A DNA stretch of 12,958 nucleotides from Armatimonadia bacterium (GCA_039683575.1 JBDKRC010000291.1:1-12958); one strand, 5' to 3'; shown: positions 1 to 7,297, numbered from the stretch's first letter. Notes: generated by a model not told the origin, from the letters alone. A program made the numbers and translations.

Positions 1-131
1 TCAACGATCAACGATCAACGATCAACGATCAACGATCAACGATCAACGATCAACGATCAACGATCAACGATCAACGATCAACGATCAACGATCAACGATC
101 AACGATCAACGATCAACGATCAACGATCAAC
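1..131. repeat. Perfect heptamer tandem repeat (TCAACGA)n, 18 full copies plus TCAAC, truncated by the window edge
   Basis: Read directly: the unit TCAACGA repeats without mismatch from 1 to 126, then TCAAC at 127-131, abutting the stop codon of the lipoprotein gene. Confidence 0.98.
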
Positions 132-625
132 TAACTCTTCGACGTCTTGGCCAGCGTTATCACCGTCTGCTTCGCCTTCATATCCTGGCGTACCACGATG
201 GTGTAGTTGCCATGGGCGTCCTGCCAGTTCAGGGCCGTTGACTGCTCCTGCTCGGCCTTGTGTACCAGTTCCTTGGGCTGCTTGCTCTGGTACTTCAGGC
301 GGTAGAAGTTGACCACGTCCACATACCCGTCGTGGGTGACCAACTCGGCGCCGCTGATGAAGCCCTTCTTGTCGCGCAGGTAACTGCTCTGGTTTACCGT
401 GGCACCGGGATAGAAGGCCAGGCCCACCTCTGCCTCGGTGGCACCCTCCTTGGTCTCCACGGGTGTAACCCTGGAGGTGCGTGAGGGCTTTGAGGGGGTG
501 ATCTTGATGTGTGACGAGGGAGCCTTCTCAGGCTCCACGGCAGGCTTGCAGGCGGGCAGCAGAACCGTCAGAACCGCGACCAGCATCGCGGTTCCGACCT
601 TTTCTCGTAAAGACAATGCTCTCAC
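131..625 (-). CDS. Putative lipoprotein of unknown function (about 164 aa)
   Basis: Probable GTG start at 625, just after the SOD stop at 636, with AGGA upstream. A basic N-region and hydrophobic stretch end in a lipobox-like LLPAC, followed by a Pro/Ser/Thr/Lys-rich linker and a globular domain (FYPGA...VVNFYR). The ORF-track start at 742 overlaps the SOD gene. Confidence 0.7.
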   Translation of the reverse strand: MRALSLREKVGTAMLVAVLTVLLPACKPAVEPEKAPSSHIKITPSKPSRTSRVTPVETKEGATEAEVGLAFYPGATVNQSSYLRDKKGFISGAELVTHDGYVDVVNFYRLKYQSKQPKELVHKAEQEQSTALNWQDAHGNYTIVVRQDMKAKQTVITLAKTSKS

Positions 626-635
626 TCTGTCCGTC

Positions 636-1370
636 CTAAGGCGCGCCTCCGGTAGCCTTGAGGTACGCCTGGTTGATCCGGCCCCAATGCAGGTTCTGGA
701 AGAACGCGTCGAAATACTTGCCCTTGTCGGGGCCGTAGTCATGATAGTACGCGTGCTCCCAGGCGTCCAGCGAAACTATGGACACCGCACCCCACACCGC
801 GCCAAACTGATGAAGCTCCACCAGGAAGTTGATGATCCGGCCGCTGCTTGGATCATAGCACGTCACGCCCCAGCCGATACCAGCCGCCGTCGCCGTCGCC
901 AGCAGGTCGGCCTGCCAGGCCTGTTGCGTGCCGAAGTCGCGGCCAATCGCCGCCGCAACGGGGCTGTCGGCGGCCATCTGCCCGTCGCCGCCGAGCACGC
1001 TGAAGTAGTTCTCGTGCAGGATCTGCCCGCAGGCATTGAAGGTCTCCTGGCGCTTCAGCCCGGCGAACTTCTTCGCGTCAAAGCCTTCCGCTCCCGGCTT
1101 CATCGCCGCCAGGTCCTTCTCAACGGCGTTGCGGTTTGCGATATAGCCGGAGTAATGGCGCGAGTAGTGTAGAGTGATCTGCTCTTCGGATATGCCCTTG
1201 AGCGCTCCAGCCTCGAAGGGGAGCGGTATCTGTTTGTGCCCACCCACGGGCACAACGCCGCGCGGAGTGGCAGCCGGCTGTGCCTGGACCACCGAGTTCA
1301 ACCCCAGGAGCCCCGCCCCGCCCGCCATTGCCGCACTGGCAAGGAACTGCCGCCGCGTCATCTGTTCCAC
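636..1370 (-). CDS. Fe/Mn superoxide dismutase with twin-arginine (Tat) signal peptide
   Basis: Metal-ligand motifs LHYSRHYSGY, QILHENYF and the signature DAWEHAYY. N-terminal TRRQFL plus a hydrophobic region ending VQA. GGAGGT RBS lies 5 nt before GTG 1370; ATG 1361 is an alternative start. Confidence 0.93.
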   Translation of the reverse strand: MEQMTRRQFLASAAMAGGAGLLGLNSVVQAQPAATPRGVVPVGGHKQIPLPFEAGALKGISEEQITLHYSRHYSGYIANRNAVEKDLAAMKPGAEGFDAKKFAGLKRQETFNACGQILHENYFSVLGGDGQMAADSPVAAAIGRDFGTQQAWQADLLATATAAGIGWGVTCYDPSSGRIINFLVELHQFGAVWGAVSIVSLDAWEHAYYHDYGPDKGKYFDAFFQNLHWGRINQAYLKATGGAP

Positions 1371-1446
1371 TTCACACCTCCGCCACAAGGGGTGGCATTC
1401 CAATGACGCGGAAGGCGCAAAGACTGTTCGGCGGCTCTACGCCCGG

Positions 1447-4086
1447 CTAACGACCGCCCTCCTCAGTCTCGCCGGCCACGGCAAACATCCTGGTCTCGCC
1501 CTTATCCATCATAATCCCGATCTCTTTGCCGCCTCGGGGCGACTGCTGCTCATCAACCAGGTCCTTCAGCTTCACCGAACGCCGGAAGTGCAAGGTCTTC
1601 TGCCCCGCCGCCGTGGCATGGATCGAGATGAAGCCCCGGCAGGCGCTGATGACATCATTGCTGTCGCAGTAAATGTGCACTCCCGCCTCCCGCGCCAGCC
1701 CCCGCAGCACCTCAGGGCTTGGCAGCAGCCCGCCACAGAAGACCGTGGTGCCCAGCGATGATTGTTTGGAGGCCAGGGCCACCTGCTGGGTGCCCTCGTA
1801 GTGTCCAAGCGCGGTCACGCCCTCCTGTGTCGGGACGTGCAGGCGTGGCGTGGGGTTGCGGTCATCACCAAAAACATGCCCTCCCGGTACCCCCGGCAGC
1901 CTCTCCAGCACCGCGATCTTCGTGCTCCCGCCGGGTAGCTCCTCGACCTTGAACCCAAGCAGCTCCGACACATTCGCCACTCCGGCCGTCTCCTTCACGA
2001 ACCCCGGCGCATAGAGCCACACCGTCATCTTCCCGGCCTGCTCGAACTGCTCGCGCAGTTGCCGCCGCTGTTCGTCAGTAAGTCGGAAGGCGTTGGTGAA
2101 TACATACATCCTCACACTCGAGGGCAGCTTGCCCTCCAGCACATCGTCCAGCAGGTACAGCCCCACCGTGCAGCCGATGCGGTTGAATTGCCGCCGCATC
2201 TCGCTGACGGTGAAGGCCGTGATCTCATTGGAGTTGCGCAGGTAGAAGTTGCTGTCTTCATCGTTGATGATGGCAACCTGCGGCCTGAACTCGCCTCTCG
2301 CCGGCATCTGCTGCCAGATGTCCCGCTCACGCGCAAAGTTGTCAAAGATCGTCGCGTCGGCCATCCAGCCGGTCCCAAAGTCCATCCACCACGTTCCGCA
2401 GCGCCGCTCAAACTGGTGCCCGAAGTTGCGCCGGTAGACTCCCAGCGTTTCGACCATATTGCTCGTGCGGCCATAGCCCGAGTCCGCCGGTGACAGATGC
2501 GTTCGCGTGTCGTCCTCGTTGATCCACAGCTTGCCATGAAGCTGAATCGAGTCCGCCGGTGACATGAATGACCCCTGGCCGCCCGCCTGCCGGTCGCCGT
2601 AGGAGATCGGTGATACCAGGCAGTCGACATCCGGCGAATGCAGCACCTGATGCAGCCGGAAGTGCCCGGTGACATGGGGGCCGTACGTGAAGCCGGACAG
2701 TTCGTGGTGGTAGCCGTAGAAGAACACGGTCAGCTTCTTGCCCTGGGTCTCTTCCTTGACCACTCGGGCCATCTGCAGCAGATCATCCGCGAGGCACACC
2801 TGCATGTATTCTGAGAAGTCAATGCAGAAGCGCTGCTCCACCGGGTCCCTGAACGCACCCAGTTTGCCCTCGACGCGCTCTTCGAGCGTTGGCACGCGGA
2901 TCGTCTCGAAGGTGACGTCCGGTTGCCGCCACGCAGCCCGCAGCGCCTCCACGGTGCCATACTTCGCCTTGGCCCATTGCGCAAACGCGGCGCGGAAGGG
3001 CTCTTCGAAGCACGGCATGATCTTCTCCCAGGTGTGATCATAGAACCACTCCCCGGCGCTCTGGGCGCAGGGGTGGTAGCCGAGCATGTTATTGCCGAAG
3101 CTCTCCTCCAGGTGCCGAACGGTCTGCCGCAGTGCCGCCGCCGCGTCCGCCCGCCAAAGCTCTGAAGCTGGCGAGGCCATCACCTTCGCCCCGCCATCGT
3201 AGACCTGAATGTGGTCCGGGTGCGCCTGTTTCCACCATTGCGGGGCGTCCAGATTGAGCCGCGGGATGATCAGGGCCTGCGGGTCCACGTTCAGGATGTG
3301 GTTGACTGCCTCATCCAGGCCACTGAAGTCCGGCTCCTTGCCCGGCTCGGTCCAGACGACGGGCAGCGGCGGGTTGCCGATATGCAGCCCTCTCTCGGCC
3401 CCGAGCTTGAGGAGCTCGTCCGACTTGCCCATGCCTCCGCCATATATCGTCCACGGCGGCCCCTGGTGCAGCGAGTTTATCTCCACCTCGCGCGGCTCAT
3501 CCGACCGCAGCCACGCCGAGAAGGTGTAGGTCTTGCCCTTCTGGATAGCGAAGCGCTGGTACATGTGAATCTGGTAGCTGATGGTGCCGGGGCTCGTGAT
3601 CCGCACCCGCAGGCACTTCTGGCCCTGTTTGGGGTTGTCAGGCACCAGAGCCCACTCCACGGCCGCCCCCGTGGAGTTGTTGAGGAAGTAGTTCCAGTCC
3701 TTCGGGGGCTCTTCGCCCTCAAAGTCCCCGCCTTTAAGCAGGTTGGCCGACGCGGGCTTCTCCAGTGTCCCCTCCACCAGCCGCACATCATCCACGAACC
3801 AGTCCCCCACCGGCATGATGTTGCGCAGGTGGCAGCCGACGTTATCGTCATCCACCGGCGCCCGGAAGGTGTAGCTGAACTGCTGCCACTCGGGCGTAAC
3901 CTTGCACACCAGCGGGGTCGCCCCGCCGCCGGCGGTGTGAAACAGCATCATGGGCGGCACCGGCCGGCCATCCACCAGCAGCGTCGGCACTCCCTGGCGC
4001 ACGACCACCCGTCCCTCCAGGGCCAGCGCCGGAGCACCCGCCAGTAGCGTCACCACGAGCATCAAGGCCATCATCACAGCAGGCAT
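1447..4086 (-). CDS. Secreted GH42-like (clan GH-A, beta-galactosidase-like) glycoside hydrolase with inserted CBM4/9-like domain
   Basis: 879 aa. Sec signal (APALA). GEW acid/base-like and WINEDD nucleophile-like motifs, a KYGTVEALRAAW GH42-type segment, and a C-terminal trimerisation-like region. CBM motifs NLLKGGDFE, TYTFSAW and DDVRL. AAGGGG RBS. Substrate not assignable. Confidence 0.8.
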   Translation of the reverse strand: MPAVMMALMLVVTLLAGAPALALEGRVVVRQGVPTLLVDGRPVPPMMLFHTAGGGATPLVCKVTPEWQQFSYTFRAPVDDDNVGCHLRNIMPVGDWFVDDVRLVEGTLEKPASANLLKGGDFEGEEPPKDWNYFLNNSTGAAVEWALVPDNPKQGQKCLRVRITSPGTISYQIHMYQRFAIQKGKTYTFSAWLRSDEPREVEINSLHQGPPWTIYGGGMGKSDELLKLGAERGLHIGNPPLPVVWTEPGKEPDFSGLDEAVNHILNVDPQALIIPRLNLDAPQWWKQAHPDHIQVYDGGAKVMASPASELWRADAAAALRQTVRHLEESFGNNMLGYHPCAQSAGEWFYDHTWEKIMPCFEEPFRAAFAQWAKAKYGTVEALRAAWRQPDVTFETIRVPTLEERVEGKLGAFRDPVEQRFCIDFSEYMQVCLADDLLQMARVVKEETQGKKLTVFFYGYHHELSGFTYGPHVTGHFRLHQVLHSPDVDCLVSPISYGDRQAGGQGSFMSPADSIQLHGKLWINEDDTRTHLSPADSGYGRTSNMVETLGVYRRNFGHQFERRCGTWWMDFGTGWMADATIFDNFARERDIWQQMPARGEFRPQVAIINDEDSNFYLRNSNEITAFTVSEMRRQFNRIGCTVGLYLLDDVLEGKLPSSVRMYVFTNAFRLTDEQRRQLREQFEQAGKMTVWLYAPGFVKETAGVANVSELLGFKVEELPGGSTKIAVLERLPGVPGGHVFGDDRNPTPRLHVPTQEGVTALGHYEGTQQVALASKQSSLGTTVFCGGLLPSPEVLRGLAREAGVHIYCDSNDVISACRGFISIHATAAGQKTLHFRRSVKLKDLVDEQQSPRGGKEIGIMMDKGETRMFAVAGETEEGGR

Positions 4087-4210
4087 TCGCTAACGCCCCT
4101 TTGTTGACACAGGTTACCAGGGAGGTTCGTGGCACCTCCTCAGTCACCTGCTCTATGAGCGGCAACTCGCGATTTCCGAGATGCCGCCCCAGAAAATCCC
4201 CTATTCGTTG

Positions 4211-4219
4211 ATTATAACA
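4211..4219 (-). promoter_or_regulatory. Extended -10 sigma70-type promoter element (TGTTATAAT) for the glycoside hydrolase gene
   Basis: Perfect TGnTATAAT on the minus strand in an AT-rich patch about 125 nt upstream of the ATG at 4086. No good -35 element. Confidence 0.6.
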
Positions 4220-4417
4220 TAACAATCTTCCGGAACTTGTACGGGGGGTCAGGTGCTCAAATACACGGTGCGAAGTGCCGAGAAGGATCAAGTGCACGCC
4301 GTGCCGGTTGGTGGCCACACCGGCATTTGCTCCGGTCTGGCCTGACCTGCGCGTGCTCCTCGTCTCAAGACCCATTGCATCGCCATCACCGGCCTCGGAG
4401 GCCGTTCAGGGAACTGC

Positions 4418-5641
4418 ATGCCAAAGTCGCTATTGCCAAGAGGGCCCATGTCCCCTCTTCTGGCTTGCCTGCTGGGCAGCCCAGACGAGCTTCACGAATC
4501 GCTTGCGCTCGCCAGCGACCTGCCGCTGCTCGCCTTGAGGCATGGGGTAGTGACGCTACTTTACCAACAACTGCGCCAGCATGATCTCCTGTCGCGGCTT
4601 CCGGATGATCAGCGCGCGCAACTCAAGTCCCTGCACCTCATGGCCATGGAGCGCCGCCTGCGCCGTCTGGACGCGGCCGCAGAGCTCTCGCAGGCTCTGG
4701 CGCAAGCCCACTTCACCCGCTATCTTCCTCTCAAGGGATGGGCGGTCCTGGCCTCTGGCGGCTCTTCACCGCTCCTGCGGGAGATGATCGACCTCGATCT
4801 TCTGGTCTCGCCTGCGGATGCGCAGGAGGTCTATGATCTCCTGCAGCAAGCCGGCTGCCGGGTGGCTGACATGCCTTGGATCCCAACTCCCTGGGAGTAC
4901 CACCTTCCCCGGCTTGAATTGCGCTCAGTCCCCATTGAGCTCCACTGGCGCCTTTGGCCGCATTCGCCGCTGCAGCCTTTTGCCCTGCCTGACTTTGAGG
5001 CCTTGTACTCGCGGGCCATTGCGGGGCGTCTGGAAGGGCAGAACTTCATGGTGCCCTCGGTTGAGGACCAGTTCCTCATACAGGCGGCGGGGCTGGCCGA
5101 AGACGGGTTCACCACCTGCCTGCGCGGCTGGGCTGACCTGTACTGGCTCCTCCAGCTACTGCCGGCCGACGGTGGCCAGCTTTGGAACCTCGCTGTTGCC
5201 GCCCGGATGCACGGGTACGCGCTGGTCATGCTGTCGCTCCTGCACGAGCTTTTGCAGTGTGACCTTCCCGTCCAATCACATCTGCCGGCGGAACTGCACC
5301 CGATCAGCAACGCTCTTGGCGAGATCGCCTGGCGGCGCCTGTGGATGGCGGACATGAAGCGAGCCTCAACCTGGATGCTGACGGGGATCTACAGGCTGAG
5401 ACATCGCAGGCGTTGGTACGCCAGTAGTTGGGGGAAGGAACTGCCCGAGTGGTTGCAGTCTGAAGTGCGGGGTGGCCCGGCAGGCTGGGCCGTGCTGCAT
5501 GCCGGCGGCGCGGTTGCGGCGGGCCTGAAGGTCGCTGCTCGCCTCGGCCGCCTCGCCGTTGTGCCCTCTGAGCGCCGTGCCGTGCGCGAGGACCTTCGTC
5601 TGGTTCACCTGCTCCACGGCCTCGCTAACAAGGTTGGGTAG
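4418..5641 (+). CDS. Nucleotidyltransferase family protein (NTP_transf_5-like, RiPP-cluster associated)
   Basis: 407 aa. Motifs LALRHGV, LPLKG, REMIDLDLLV (DxD), IELHWRL and WADL, typical of the nucleotidyltransferases found in lasso/RiPP clusters. AGGGA RBS. Confidence 0.85.
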   Translation: MPKSLLPRGPMSPLLACLLGSPDELHESLALASDLPLLALRHGVVTLLYQQLRQHDLLSRLPDDQRAQLKSLHLMAMERRLRRLDAAAELSQALAQAHFTRYLPLKGWAVLASGGSSPLLREMIDLDLLVSPADAQEVYDLLQQAGCRVADMPWIPTPWEYHLPRLELRSVPIELHWRLWPHSPLQPFALPDFEALYSRAIAGRLEGQNFMVPSVEDQFLIQAAGLAEDGFTTCLRGWADLYWLLQLLPADGGQLWNLAVAARMHGYALVMLSLLHELLQCDLPVQSHLPAELHPISNALGEIAWRRLWMADMKRASTWMLTGIYRLRHRRRWYASSWGKELPEWLQSEVRGGPAGWAVLHAGGAVAAGLKVAARLGRLAVVPSERRAVREDLRLVHLLHGLANKVG

Positions 5642-5646
5642 ACTCT

Positions 5647-6030
5647 CTACTTCGTACGCCACCACGCCCTGAGACCTCTCCACCACAGCCGCACCGCGCC
5701 CAGCGCCTTCACTCCCTCCACCACACCGAGAACCCGGTTGACCGGCACGGGTGCATCCGGTCTGTCCGCCGTGTCCCCCCAGGTCTGCATGAACCTCTGC
5801 TTCTCCTGCCACCACAGCCGCACCAGGCGGTGGCAGGTCAGGTTGCCATCGGCGTCCTCGTACAGCACCACGTCGCCCCGCGCGACCTGCTGTACGGGAT
5901 GCACCCGGACCTCGGCCCCGTCGGGTATCGTGCCACCCATGCTCAGCCCCGTAGCGAGGAAGGTCACCGGCCGCCCGTCGGCCAGCAGCCCGCGCACGAG
6001 TTCGCGGTACTCCTCCGCCGGGATCTTCAT
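5647..6030 (-). CDS. S24/S26-family peptidase, soluble, Ser/His type
   Basis: 127 aa. GLSMGGTI (catalytic Ser box), RGDVVLY, CHRL and TWGD...D boxes of signal-peptidase-like proteins. No transmembrane helix. ATGA overlap with the upstream kinase-like gene at 6027-6030. Confidence 0.85.
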   Translation of the reverse strand: MKIPAEEYRELVRGLLADGRPVTFLATGLSMGGTIPDGAEVRVHPVQQVARGDVVLYEDADGNLTCHRLVRLWWQEKQRFMQTWGDTADRPDAPVPVNRVLGVVEGVKALGAVRLWWRGLRAWWRTK

Positions 6031-6818
6031 AGCAGCGTCTCCAGGGCCGTGACTGCCGTCGCGTCGGGCACGAAGGCGTACTCATAGACTGGAGCGCAGG
6101 CGGCCAGATCCCCGAGCACTTCCATCGTTAGCGGCATGCTGCGCGGGGACCACGAGAAGAAGCGGGTGGTCTGGATCAGCCGCCGGATGGTCTCATTGGT
6201 GTTCAGAGCAGCGAACTCGTTGCGCCGGCCGTGCTTGAGGAAGCATATGACAGCGGGTGGCCCGCCGGCCGTGGCATGGGCGAAGCCGGGCCAGGGACTG
6301 CCGTAGACGCTCAGACCCTCAGGCCCGCGCGCAGTGAAAGGGTACTCATCAGTAACGATCCTGCCGCCGTGTCTCCCGATCAGACGCGCGAGGGTGCTCT
6401 TGCCGCGCTGCTGCTGCCCCAGTAGCAGCACGAGCTTGCCTTTGAGCAAACATAGCGCCCCGTGCAAGAAGGCTCCCTCATGATGCGCCAGGTGCCCCCA
6501 CAGCGCCAGCATCAGCCATGGCCTGCCGTCAAACGGCCTGCGCTGCTCGCGCGGCAATACTACCTCGAAATTCCGGAAGTCCGCAGCCGCGTCGAGGATA
6601 CCCCGCGGGCGCGCAAAGCGCAGCCCCGCCGCGACTTCCTCGACGTGCATATCCGCGCGCGGCAGGCCTCGCAGCGGGTGATGACTGATGTTCAGTGTGA
6701 AATCCGGCTCAATAGGAGGGGGTGTAACAAAGGGGAGTAGATTGCGCGCCAACCGCAGGCCCAAGTGGCCCTGCAGCAGACATGACCGACCGGTGAGAAC
6801 AAGGCCGCAGGTGACCAT
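6027..6818 (-). CDS. HprK-related P-loop kinase-like protein (RiPP-cluster associated)
   Basis: FLHGA, Walker A GQQQRGKST, IVTDE (Walker B-like) and VYGSPWPG. Start reassigned to ATG 6818 because the ORF-track start at 6905 lies inside precursor gene A2. Confidence 0.8.
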   Translation of the reverse strand: MVTCGLVLTGRSCLLQGHLGLRLARNLLPFVTPPPIEPDFTLNISHHPLRGLPRADMHVEEVAAGLRFARPRGILDAAADFRNFEVVLPREQRRPFDGRPWLMLALWGHLAHHEGAFLHGALCLLKGKLVLLLGQQQRGKSTLARLIGRHGGRIVTDEYPFTARGPEGLSVYGSPWPGFAHATAGGPPAVICFLKHGRRNEFAALNTNETIRRLIQTTRFFSWSPRSMPLTMEVLGDLAACAPVYEYAFVPDATAVTALETLL

Positions 6819-6841
6819 ACACGCAGCCGCCTGTTCAGCGT

Positions 6842-6988
6842 CTACCGGGCGCAGCGGGCACTTCCGCAAGTTCCGGACTGCTTGGTGTTTGATGAGGCCC
6901 AGCAAGCCGCCAGGACATCGACCTCGTTCTCCAGCGATACTTCCTCAACCTCGGGCCTATGCCACTGCTTCCGCTGCTTCTCTGCCAT
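6842..6988 (-). CDS. RiPP precursor peptide A2, 48 aa: MAEKQRKQWHRPEVEEVSLENEVDVLAACWASSNTKQSGTCGSARCAR
   Basis: ATG 6988 with AAGGGG RBS, TAG at 6842. WxxP leader motif and three-Cys core. 25/48 identical, ungapped, to the adjacent A1. Confidence 0.9.
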   Translation of the reverse strand: MAEKQRKQWHRPEVEEVSLENEVDVLAACWASSNTKQSGTCGSARCAR

Positions 6989-7065
6989 GGAAATCCCCTT
7001 GTCGGTCCCATGGAGCGTCGGTGAGAGCCCGCTCGCGAGGAAGTGAGGTTCCGCGACGCCCGGGC

Positions 7066-7212
7066 CTAGCTGGCGCAGGCGGAGTGCCCACACATCGGCC
7101 GGCCCTTTGATTGTGATGCTGACCAACAGGCCCGCAGCACGTCCGCTTCATTTTCCAGCGCGATTTCTTCGACTTCCGGCTTCCGCCATTGCTTCTGATC
7201 ATGCTGTGACAT
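7066..7212 (-). CDS. RiPP precursor peptide A1, 48 aa: MSQHDQKQWRKPEVEEIALENEADVLRACWSASQSKGRPMCGHSACAS
   Basis: Manually translated; absent from the ORF track. ATG 7212, TAG 7066. Same length, leader and Cys spacing as A2. Lies directly downstream of the radical SAM gene. Confidence 0.9.
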   Translation of the reverse strand: MSQHDQKQWRKPEVEEIALENEADVLRACWSASQSKGRPMCGHSACAS

Positions 7213-7241
7213 ATAGGTTCACTCAACAGGGTCTACGATGA

Positions 7242-7270
7242 AGGATATACATCCATGCTGCTTCGGTCAA
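7242..7270 (-). promoter_or_regulatory. Putative sigma70-type internal promoter for the precursor genes (TTGACC-N17-TATCCT)
   Basis: -35 TTGACC at 7270-7265, an exact 17-nt spacer, and -10 TATCCT at 7247-7242, in the 85-nt gap between the rSAM stop and the A1 start. Confidence 0.55.
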
Positions 7271-7297
7271 GAGACTGCGTTCGGCGGCTTAGCTTCA

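Noticed and set aside
1-131. CRISPR array
   Set aside because: Contiguous 7-nt units with no spacers and no cas genes in the window.
260-4047. Long antisense or alternate-frame ORFs (e.g. 438..1172, 1174..1761, 3211..4047; likewise 9226..9696, 10100..10912, 12106..12618)
   Set aside because: Shadow ORFs typical of high-GC DNA. They overlap well-supported genes and contain no recognisable motifs.
4104-4109. TTGACA as a -35 element for the nucleotidyltransferase
   Set aside because: No -10 hexamer at 16-18 nt spacing.
6819-6905. N-terminal extension of the kinase-like ORF to 6905
   Set aside because: It overlaps the core-coding region of precursor A2. ATG 6818, downstream of the A2 stop, is more plausible.
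6902-6916. Lipobox (VLAAC) in precursor A2 suggesting a lipoprotein
   Set aside because: The preceding region is acidic and polar, not a hydrophobic signal peptide, and the paralogue has LRAC.
6842-7226. ORF-track calls 6842..7126 (94 aa) and 6957..7226 (89 aa)
   Set aside because: Both are off-frame overlaps of A1 or upstream extensions of A2. The ungapped A1/A2 paralogy and the RBS at A2 define the real genes.
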